Below, in pieces: positions 52,871-64,000 of a DNA stretch of 64,000 nt. The notes beneath the pieces are model-generated. The model was not told the origin of the DNA, made no database searches, and saw only the letters and a list, made by a program, of their open reading frames with translations. Position numbers and translations under genes: made by a program. Each line of letters begins with the position of its first letter. The stretch's first letter is position 1. The DNA is from the human T2T-CHM13v2.0 reference genome, Homo sapiens, in NCBI RefSeq assembly GCF_009914755.1, contig NC_060926.1; one strand, 5' to 3'.

Positions 52871-53529
52871 GTATCCATTCCCATTACTCTGTTCAACAAA
52901 AATCGTCCAGCTCACTCTCCTCATCTCCCTTCCATGGTGGAATAAGTTCCTGACTCTGCTGTACAGGACCCTCAGCTCACAAGACACCCACAATAGCAAA
53001 CAAAGCTCAAAACTCTGCTTCTCTTTATTTCATCTTACATTCTCAAGAGGAAAAAGATAAAACACAACAACAGGCATTAAGAAACTAGGAGAAACTGACC
53101 AAACTAAAACCTCCCCCTGGATGCTCCATAGATCCCTGTTCTCTTAGAAACTTCCCTGACAAAGTTTGCATCTATGCTCATCTTTGAGTTTGCTTCACCC
53201 ACCTTTGACCTATGGCTAGCCATATGGCCTCTTTATAAATGATTCTATGTAGAAGAAATTATCTTGAAGAGATTCTATTTTCCCATTAATAATGATTCAC
53301 CAAGACCAATTGCACCAAAAAATCAATAGAACCCACAGATTCTATCATCAGGAGAGTGGGAAGAAGCAAATCTCTTCCATTCATTCACATCAAGTCACCC
53401 TCATTCCCAGATTGTACATCTCTGCGATTTTTCTCAGTTCCAACAGATTTTGTGGGGGCTGAAGTGACAGGAAAAGCAAGCTTGTTACACCACAAATCAC
53501 ACAGACGCTACTGGTAAGGGCAGAAGTGT

Positions 53530-54400
53530 GGAGGCACACACTAAAAGAAGCATTTCTTTCTCATTCATCATTTAACCAGCTCTCTGGGTTGCTGTTTCAG
53601 GGCCAGGAAAACACCAGATCCAGTGAGAGACAGAAAGTCCCACTTTCTCGAAATGGAACTTGGACAAAGTTCTGTGAGGCCCAGGGAAAGTAAGGCCAAC
53701 GCAGCGTGGCCAAGGTTCTGATGAACCATAAAGGAGAGGAAATGGCACTTTCCTCTGAGTCATGCAGAAACGATTTACTCTCCAGCCTTCTAACCATTAA
53801 TGGTCTGAAAACGTGGGGCAACTGACCTCCAGAGCCGCCCTGCTCCCACAGCATAGCCCGCAGTCCTGCGCCAAGCTGACATGGAAATCAGATCAAGAGT
53901 GAACCTGAGGTAGTGGCACTCTACCCTAACTGTTGACAGATGGAGAATGGAAGCCACATAAATGCTCTCTCTTGTGTCAGCACTATAAAAACGCCGGACT
54001 GACCCATGAAAGATGGAGATGGAAGCTCGAGCAGCCATTAGGAGCCATGCCTTACTCTGAGCAATAACTCACTCCCATCGTATTATGAAAATGGTTTTAT
54101 TGCAGTGGATTACCTTTTCCCCCCTCTGCAAAAATTACTGCTTATCAGCATCACAGAAATCAAGCTAAAACCTCCCCACCTTTTCTTACTTCTAATACAA
54201 TCCCTCCCTCTGGCCAGGAACTTAATAAAATGGAACATTTCATTATTCCGGTTTGCATACCTCTTTTGAAGCTGAAACTGTCATCTCAAGTGAGCACTCT
54301 GAAGTGGCCGGTGTGAGGGTAATTTGATTGCCTCTTGTTTTTTCTCAGACACATCTGAATGCCTGAGAAGCCACTCAGTGTCCAGGTCTCTTGCTAAACC
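53530..54400. promoter_or_regulatory. Candidate regulatory element (AP-1, kB-like, TATA-like)
   Basis: Repeat-free with scattered CpGs. TGAGTCA at 53756-53762, GGGACTTTC on the minus strand near 53633-53641, TATAAAA at 53984-53990. Confidence 0.3.
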
Positions 54401-54764
54401 AGATTTGGGAGTTGCAAGGGGAAGGAAATCATTCAAAAGCAGCATTTTCTGATTCTTTCAAAATAGTTTGGATATAGCTTTTTCATGAGCTATTAACTGC
54501 CTGTCAGATTCCTTAAGAGGGGAAAACAAAACCAGGTGTATTGAGAATGTGTATAGTCTCAAATAGCTCAACTCAGTAAGGCCCCTTTTTTTCTATGGCC
54601 CATATGTGTTTCCCATCAATGAACCTGAGCAGTGGGAATCACCAAATTGAGACTATTGTCTCCTACAGTGGAGGCATCTGAAATCTTCCATTGTATTCAG
54701 ACAATTTAGCCTGTTGTAGATTAATGCACCCAGTTGGAATCCTTGGTGTTAATACTCTTACCTG

Positions 54765-54885
54765 GTATGTGAAACCTTTATTAATATGCAGAATCTCAGG
54801 CCCCACCCTAGACCTCCTGAATCAGAATCTGCATTTCCACCAGATTGCCAGGTCATTTGTAAACAAAAAGTTCAAGAAGCACTGG
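54765..54885. mobile_element. MER5A
   Basis: atgcagaatctcaggccccaccctagacctcctgaatcagaatctgcattt...aagttcaagaagcactg. Confidence 0.85.
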
Positions 54886-55421
54886 TTTGTACCACAGAAG
54901 CAGTATATATTGACCTACATTCTGACTGCCCAGTTTATCTGGCTAGTCACCAGTTGGGTAAATCACCACATTACACGCTACTACAGACACAACAACCAGT
55001 AAGATTTGGTCCCCTACCTTTGGAGAGTTCAGCATCTGGAAGGACTACAAACAGGAATGTTTAGAATCTGCATGGTATTAAAGCAACCTCAGGGCCCTCA
55101 CAAACCTAAAGACTTGAAGTGGTAAGCTTCAGAACCCCCCAGATCATCAGGCTACACTTGTATGTTAGGGCCCCCTAAGGTCAACCAGACCCTGTCCCAG
55201 AGCCCTCTTTTGAGGTCTCTTGCAATCTCATGTACTTAAACTCATCAGTGGGAGCAAGTCTAGCTCTAACTCCAGCTCTTCTGCCTTTGAGACAGCCTTA
55301 ACCATTGCCACTCCCAGCTGTCCAGCCCTCTGCAAGCTTCTCAAAAACACTGGCACCACACAAATATTGGCACTCAGCAAAACAAGACCCTTTTAACATA
55401 GCATGGGTCCCATTTATGTTT

Positions 55422-55800
55422 TGTGGCAGAGACATTTACCAGTCATTATCTGTGTTCCTCCCTTTCCTCAGCTCAGTCATAGTTAGGAGGGGCACTGTGA
55501 CTAGTTGTGACCAATAAGCTAGAAACAGAAGTGAAGTGTGTTACTTCTGGGATCAAGCCATTTAGAGCCAGAATGCAATGCTCTTCCTATGCATTAGTGA
55601 CTACAATGGAAGACGTGTTCCAGATGGCGTAGCCACAAGATGTAAGCCACCTGAATCCCTTGGAAAGGAACTTCCTGGAGAACTCAAAGTCCTACTAGTA
55701 GAATTAGCATGAGGAAGAAATAAGGCTTTATATGTTAAGCCACTGGTATCTGGGGATTGTTTGTTACCACAGCATAACCTAACCTATCCTGACTTACACA
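55422..55800 (+). mobile_element. MLT1I/J-like MaLR LTR
   Basis: cagaagtgaagtgtgttacttctggg...gttaagccactggtatctggggattgtttgttaccacagcataacctaacctatcctgacttacaca. Confidence 0.8.
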
Positions 55801-57417
55801 TCTTTGTGAACCATCCTTTTTTGTCTTCTTCGTGTTTGTTTGTTACATATGAGTTTCATGTTAGGTATCCAAATTTTTTGTTGGCCAAAATGTGGCAAAA
55901 GGTGATTCAACATAGCAAGGACTTTTCCTCATGTTTTCTCAGGTAAATGCATACATTCCATTTTTCTTAAAATAATAATTAAAAAGTAGAATGAGATTTG
56001 CCTTATTACATGATGTTTTGCATTATTGTTGCATTTTGCTTAATTACCTCCCTGTCCCAGCCTTAAAGTTGAAAATATTGTTGGTTATTCAAAATGGTAA
56101 ACAAAAATAGTCCCCAGTATAGTCAATGATTTTGTCTGAAGAAGCAAATAAAAGCAATTATTTAAACAGGTCAGTAAGCACATATTGGGGGACAGCACTT
56201 TCTAGCCCAAGTTACTTCTGCAGGCTGTTTGTCCTGGTAGAGAAAATGCCCTGGTTAATTCTCTTTTCACCAACTGCATAAATACTGTACTAATTATAGT
56301 AGGCTTCGCTTTTCCTAGCAATAACAACCCACTCTAATTTTTCTCTTTTTCTGATTGAATTTGTCTAATTTTTATAAGAATAGCAAGTTGACAAGCTATT
56401 TAACATTTTAGGAATATGCACAAGACTATGTTGTGGCTTTAAACAACATGTAAATAATATTTAAACAGTCTGTTCCAGAATCATACTGCCTGCCTGCCAA
56501 AATTCTTTTTTAGAGAAATTAGCTTTTCATTTTTCCCTTTTAACTAGCATTTAAAATGGAAAAAAAAAAAAAAAAAGTTAACGCCCACAAGAGATACTTT
56601 AATAAAATCACTGAGTATTAGCAATCTGGTTTACGGTGCCAGGAATCCAGGATAATTCTGATTTAGGATTGAAATTCTGCCCTGCATTGAGCCTGTTGTG
56701 TATGGTTATGGGAATGTTCATAGTGCTTACTAGGTCAGAATGCCCACTGTTATGAAGATCCTTCAGATAATGGACCATTTGGGCTATGCTACTCAGGTCA
56801 GGTTATACAGGATGAGGAGAGGGAAGTTCTGCTTAACCAGTTGGTGACTGTTCAGGCATCAGGCTTTGGAGAGATGTCTTTGTTGTTTAACTATTTGTTT
56901 GCTTGCTTTAAAATCTATAATCAGATGATCCAAAAAAATGTATAAGGCCATAAAAGTGAAGGAAAACGGCAGTTATACGTAGTTGTAGAAAATTTGAGCG
57001 AAGACAAATCTTACAGAAATAGAAACAGAAGAAAAAAAGAAGAGACAAAAGAAGGAAAAAAAAACAAAAGAAAGGGAAAAGGGGGAGAAGATCAAGGCAA
57101 GAAAAACTCAGAGAGATACTTAAGGATAACAGATTAGATGCACCCAAAAATATGCTCCTCTGTGCACAGGAATTGTGTTTTCTATTCTGTGCATCCCCAC
57201 TCCTCTAAAGTCTAGCCCAGTGCTGAAGACGCAGCTCGGCCTTGACAGAGAGACAACATTAAGTAAGCTAATAATGTTTTTTCCATATTTGGTTCACAAT
57301 ACCATCAACCAGTCTAGTTGAGGCTAGGAAATTTTGGATCAAATCATGAGTTACATGGTTGACGCTGAACAAGAATCCCATAGAATTGTGGTGATAAATG
57401 AAACCCATTGCCAGTTA

Positions 57418-57865
<448 letters not shown>

Positions 57866-59396
57866 CTACCAGTGGAAATATAGAAAAGTGAATGTAAGTG
57901 GAAAATAGAGCCATTGCATAGCTCTAACCAGTGACAGATGGATAAGGACTTGCCCTCTTAAGTGTTACTTCAACGCAATCCAGAATGATGACTGTGTCTG
58001 TGCTGTCCTATAAAATCTGGTTAGAATTGCCTTGGGCCAGCATCCCACATCCCCTAATAACCCATGTGGATGACCAGAGGCTGACTGTCTCACGATCACC
58101 TCTGGGTAGGAGCCCCTTTGCAGTCCACACCAACTCAGACATGGGACTCACTCCTCTCCCTGGATAGAAACATATTTACATGGCACATAGAGCCACACTC
58201 ACCAGTGAAGTCTGTGTGAAGCACAATTCACTGAAGATTTTAGGAAGATGGATGGCAACATAACAAGTGAGCTCAAACAATAATAAATACAACATACGTT
58301 ATCAATTCTAGATCTAAAAATCCATCAGGCTCTAACCTATTGCTCCTTTTCCTACTTCCCCTCCTTCCTGACCCCAAAACGACAAATTCTCCCATTGTCT
58401 TAACAACTCCCATTTTTTTCTGCCTTCTCCTAGAAATTTCCCTGAGACCTCTCTTTTTGCCTTCAAATAACCCCCCACCTTACTTCATGAAACAAAGTCA
58501 ATTCTTTCCTAAAGAGGTAAATTTTGTTGCCAATTGTTAATCATTTTCTTGTTATAACCCATATCAAATAAAGAATACTGGACAGGCCTCCTTGACTGAA
58601 AATATCCCCCTCATTCATGGCCTTAGGTTTATTAAGCATTGTCCTTTATAACAAGTTGTCTTCAGTAGTTAAATGCTCATTAAGTTGCCTATACATGAGT
58701 ATGCTTATATCTATGTCTATATATCTATAACCATATCTGTATCTTGTCCACAGCTACAATTATATCATTAATTTGCCTGCCAGCAAAGTCCAAACCAGTA
58801 GGAAAACACTGTGTGCCTGAAGATTCAGAAAAGGCTCAAAGAGGAAAGAGGAGAAGAAAGAAGAGAAGGAGGAGGAGGAGGAAACACCAACACCAAGAAG
58901 GTGAAGGATACCAAAGATCAATTTGCCTCTTTCGCATTCTGGCAAGGGCCAGTCTTGAATACTGAATCCAGCAGGAAGTCCCTTTACTCAGTCCTTAGTA
59001 GCTACCCCTGTCACCTCCCTCCCTCAAACCAGGTGGATCTGGCTGCCTCAAGGGCAGGAAACCCTGCTCAGACCTCCTGTTAGCCCAGCTCGCCCCACAC
59101 CTTCCCTCTGCCTGTCTGGAGAATCAGGCAGACAACCAACTGCTCCCGGAGAGGGAAACAATTAGGGAGAGGGAGCCCCTCCCTCTTGGCCTTGGGCTGC
59201 CCAGCCAGCATGATTAGCATAATTACAATATGTTCATCCAGCACCAGGATGAAAACTTGTGCAGAGGGGAAGTGTTAACACACAAGCCAGCTAAATAACA
59301 GTCCTTCGTAATTAGCTAAACAGTTCCTCTTTTAGAGCTTTCCTGGGATATTCCCAGAAAGCCCCAGGCTCCAGGCAGCATCTTCAGGACCAAAGG

Positions 59397-59429
59397 CAGC
59401 AGCAACAGCAGCAGCAGCAGCAGCAGCAA
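59397..59429 (+). repeat. (CAG)2 CAA (CAG)7 CAA trinucleotide repeat
   Basis: Read directly; 11 CAR units. Confidence 0.95.
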
Positions 59430-59773
59430 GACCAAGTCCCTAACTAGAAAGCAAGGAGCTGAGGGTCCCCCATTCTGGAGGTGGCACTTGCCATTGTGAA
59501 GTGGGAAATGACATCTCTAGATCGTTTCCAATGGGCATCAAGGAAATACTCCTTCACTCCTTAACTCTCTTCTTAACTGGACTTAAAGAAGTTCAACTTT
59601 TCTGGACTTCAATTTCCTCATCAACAAAGAAAAGAAAATAATCCATGCCCAACAGATTGCACAAGGCTATTGGAAGAAACAATCAGATAAAAGCTAGGAA
59701 ATCTCTAAACAGCAAGAATGCTGGATAAATACCAGGTGGCAATGATGGCCTAGAAAGGATCTGTCTGGATTTG

Positions 59774-60075
59774 TTTTTTGTTTTGTTTTTTAGAGACAGG
59801 ACCTCTCTCTATCGCCCAGGCTGGAGTGCAGTGGTATGAACATAGCTCATTGCAGCCTCAACCTCCTGGGCTCAAGAGATCCTCCCACTTCACCCTCCTG
59901 AGTAGCTGGGGCTACAGTTACATGCCACCACACCTGGCTAATTTTTTAATTTTTTCATACAGACAGGGTCTCACTATATTGCTCAAGCTGGTCTTGAACT
60001 CCTGGGCTCAAGCCATCCTCCTGCCTTGGCCTCCCAAAGTGCTAGGATTACAGGCATGAGCCACTACACCCAGTC
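59774..60075 (-). mobile_element. AluJ with TSD
   Basis: TSD tctg(t/a)ctggatttg at 59760-59773 and 60076-60089. Confidence 0.95.
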
Positions 60076-60519
60076 TCTGACTGGATTTGAATTACTGAAG
60101 TCATCAAATATCTAAAGGCACATTCCTGCCCTCCCAGTCCCAATGATCTTCATCCATACTCCATCACCACATTTATCACATTAACATGGCAATGATAGAC
60201 TTATTCAGGTTCTCTACAGCATGTTTTGCAACCTTTTTTTCTGTCACTGCACACAAAGAAAATTATAATATTTGTAATAGTGCCCAGGGTCACTGGTTGC
60301 TCCTGGCAACCCAGGTCCCATCCTGTCTCCCAAGGGCTAGTGGGATCAATAATTCCACATGACCTACACACATCCAGGAGTCACCAACGTGTCCCTCCAT
60401 ACTGTTGGGAAGCTCAGGTCTACATCACTGGTTTTGTTCTGGTGGTTGGTTGGTTGGCTGGGGTTTTTTTATTCAACAGACTAGCTCCTTGTGACTCTGG
60501 AGCCTATGGTGGCCCAAAG

Positions 60520-61303
60520 CAATTGTTCTCAACCCTGGCTGTATATTAGAATCACCAGGGAAACTTTTAATAAACACCAGTGCCTGGGCATCACCCCAAG
60601 AAATTCTGATTTAATTGGCTTGGGGCACGGCCTGGGCATGAGGTGAGTCTGACCTGCAGCCAAGGTTGAGAACCATTGCTCTAAAGTGGCACTTCTTAAG
60701 CTTTAAAATAAAATCACATCACCTGGGGATCTTGTTAAAAGGCAGATTCTGATTCAGCAAATCTGGGATATGGGCCTGAGGTCCTGCATTTCTAGTAATC
60801 TCCTAGGAGATGCTGATGCTGTGGTCCCCAGACCATGCTCTGAGTAACACAGGTCTAAAGAAGTAGATCTTACATTTGAGCATTCCTCCTAATCCCCTGG
60901 AATCCTTGCTGAGATGAATTGCTGGGCCCCACCTCCAGAGTTTCTGATTTGGCAGGCAGATCTCATGTAGAGCTGGAAAAACTGTACTTCTAACCTGTTT
61001 CCAGGTGATGCTGATGCTGCCAGTCCAGGGATCACTTTCTTTTTTTTTTTTTGAGACAGAGTTTCACTCCTGTCACCTAGGCTGGAGTGCAGTGGCATGA
61101 CCCAGGCTCACTGCAACCTCCGCCTCCTGGGTTCAAGCGATTCCCCTGTCTCACTCAGCCTCCAGAGTAGCTGGGATTACAGGCGCCTGCCACCACGCTC
61201 AGCTAATTTTTTGTATCTTTAGTATGGACGAGGTTTCACCATGTTGGCCAGGCTGGTCTCAAACATCTGACCTCAGGTGGGGATTACATCTTTTAAACCA
61301 CTG
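60520..61303. mobile_element. Three abutting MER5-family elements, the third split by an Alu
   Basis: Copies at about 60520-60678, 60687-60852 and 60861-61303, each with MER5 core motifs (tcacctgggg, attctgatt, ccaggtgatgctgatgctg). Confidence 0.82.
61036..61279 (-). mobile_element. 5'-truncated AluS
   Basis: T tail, right arm, and a left arm ending at gacctcaggtg. Confidence 0.92.
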
Positions 61304-62699
61304 GTATAAATATTAGCATGGAAGAGCCTAGCCTTTAGGAGAAATGGGCCCTATTTAGCAGACTAAAATTCTCATGATGCAAATGCTAGAATTCCCTAGA
61401 AAGAAATCCTGGAATGAGGCCCAGTCCAAATTGATGAGTACAAGCTACTTTTTTGGGTGATTCTACTTGAGAAGAGCTAACAACTGCTGGAAAGGCCTGA
61501 TGGAGACTTCCTTTAGAAGTAGGCATCCTCTCTTCCTGTGACAAATGCTCAGAGTCTATAAAGAAAAAAGTAGCTTCTCCAAAGGAAGGCCCAGAGGAAG
61601 CCTGCAGAAATAGGTTTCTAGGCACATTCTAGCCTCTCTAGTGATTCCATTCACTGGCCCTCAACAAAGTTGAGCATCTAATCCCTGGAAAGCTAAAGAG
61701 GCTCAGCCCACCTTCTGAGTGCAGAGCGTCCTCATACCACACCACTACCATCTGTGAGTCACAACACTGTGAATCAGAAACCTAGGGGTTCCGTGTCCTT
61801 TCATATTCCCATGAGTTTCACCACGAAAGAAAACAAAGGAGCCAAGGTAGGCTAAGAGAAGAGAGGCTGGAAAAACAATGAACCCAAAACGCCTTGGAAA
61901 TGGAGCTCATTGGTGCCTAGGTTTGCCAGCCCTCATTTAATGTGCTGCCAGTAATTGACCGTAAAGACGACACCCTAGCCAGTTTTCATCAGTTGATCTG
62001 GACAGCTCCCAGATAACAAGCTCCAGCTGGGAGGGCTTGATTGTTATCAAGCCAGAGTGAGGGAGGCCTTCAATAGGGCTGGCAACAGCATGTGTGTGAT
62101 CCACGTGAGAGATTTCCAGCTCCAGGATGTCCCAGAAGAAAAGCCTGTTAACACCGCAGCCGGAAAGCCAGGATGGGCCCGGGAGCCCTGGAGCTTCATC
62201 ACATGATAATCATTCGATAGGACGGCCTGCCCAGCCCCAGGGCAAGCTCGCCAGGATTAGCGCTGCCCTGTGTTCATTGACAGCCTTGACATGCCTCACA
62301 GCACCCACAGACAGCAGGAATTCAGTTGTGTGGGTAACTACAGAATAATTAACCAGGGTCAAGGCAGGGTCTGGTTTCAGAGAAGCCTGTTTGGGGATCC
62401 TCATCACATTCCAGACCCTCAGGAGCTGGGTCCAGTTGTCTTACTCCTCTTGGTCATGGGAGTCACATAATCCTCTGAATGGGGTGTCATTCAGCTCTGG
62501 GCACCAGGTTACCATTTGGCCCTCACATTTCCCTTCAAACTCTGGAGTCTGTAATCACAAAACAAAAAGTCCCTAACAACCAACAAGAAGAGAAGTGTGA
62601 CCTGGTATATTGGGTAAACCTAGGAGGTCAGCCAGGTGGACATTTATTCAAATGCTGGCTCCAGTACATACAAGTTTTTGTTGTTGTTATTGCTTGTGG

Positions 62700-63043
<344 letters not shown>

Positions 63044-63064
63044 AGGACATAATAGGTTTTTACC

Positions 63065-63200
63065 CGAGGGCGAATTGCTTAATCACTCCGGGGTTCAATT
63101 TTCTCATCTGTGAAGTGGTAACAAAAACACCTTCTGGGGAAGTTATATAAGTAAAAGTTTCTATAAATCACCTGAAACACAGTGGACACTTTATATTATT
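63065..63200 (+). mobile_element. MIR
   Basis: ggcgaattgcttaatcactccggggttcaattttctcatctgtgaagtgg. Confidence 0.7.
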
Positions 63201-64000
63201 GTCATTTTTATTGTGAATATAACTTCCAGCTATTTTTATTAACAGTGCGACTATATTGTATTCCAATCTCCCTTCCTCATTTCTTCCAGGGCTCTATAAT
63301 ATTCTTGATTAGAGCAGTCAAAGAGATTATTCTGTTGAACAAGACCTGTAGACACAAATGGTAAATTCCAAAGAGAAGTATATCATAGATTTCAACCTAG
63401 AAATCTGGAATTCGGTGGCTCAAAGAGTAAACTTCTAAATTCAGTTCCATCACCAGCATTTATTGAGTCTCTCTATGTTTAAACTGTTTTGGGAGCTTAG
63501 AGGATCATTTGCCAATTGCACTACCTTAACTGGGAGTTTAAATGCAGAGATTTCTGCCTTTTGGCCCCAGAACTAGAAATAACAGGAAGAGAGAGGCTCA
63601 TGTAAGTGAGAGCAGGATTTGGCATCTTCTGGTGTCCCTGAATCTCTCCAGCACAAGAACGTTGGGCTTAAAGCGACTTTTCCACTCCATAAATTTGGCT
63701 AATTCTGATAGGATTCACTGGAACCAATCAACCAGCCCGTGTTTCTTGAGCAAGGAGCTGTAACGAGGTATGAAAATCCAGCTCTCAAGAACTCAGGGAA
63801 CAAGACTCACAGATGTAACTGAGCTAGAGAAAATTACACAGCTGAAAATCTCAGGCCACATATGGATGTGATTCAAATTCATATATGGATGTGGTAGGTG
63901 GGTGTGATCTGCAGCACGTCCCTACAAGATGTGATAAAATGGGGTTTGGGGATCATTTTTCAGATGGTTACACTCAGAGTGAACTGGTATGGCATGAAGG

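Noticed and set aside
53906-53925. TGAGGTAGT, matching the first 9 nt of let-7
   Set aside because: The match stops after 9 nt and only a 5-bp stem forms, so there is no pre-miRNA hairpin. As a minus-strand seed site it has no evident 3' UTR context.

Overview
Primate, very likely human-type, non-coding genomic DNA of roughly 42-44% GC (estimated by eye), CpG-depleted, with no CpG island. I cannot support any protein-coding exon, RNA gene or CRISPR array. The long ORFs in the supplied track come from Alu, L1 or low-complexity sequence, or are unrecognisable. A large part of the window is interspersed repeat: about 15 Alu/FLAM copies, old L1 fragments, many MIR and L2 relics, MaLR/ERVL solo LTRs (THE1, MLT1, LTR16, LTR47-like) and DNA transposon relics (MER5, MER33, MER53, MER58, MER63, Tigger4a, Charlie1). 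Family names come from remembered consensus sequences, not a RepeatMasker run. Between the repeats are several repeat-free, motif-dense blocks that look like candidate enhancers. An excess of A-tracts and plus-oriented L1s suggests this may be an intron of a minus-strand gene; the locus was not identified. I found no convincing new biological system. The best observations are structural: a 51-bp inverted, locally templated insertion inside an AluJ; a three-element MER5 stack; a recombinant three-arm Alu; an orphan A43 tract behind a hairpin; a miR-1302-like MER53; and facing purine and pyrimidine tracts that include (GGAA)11.
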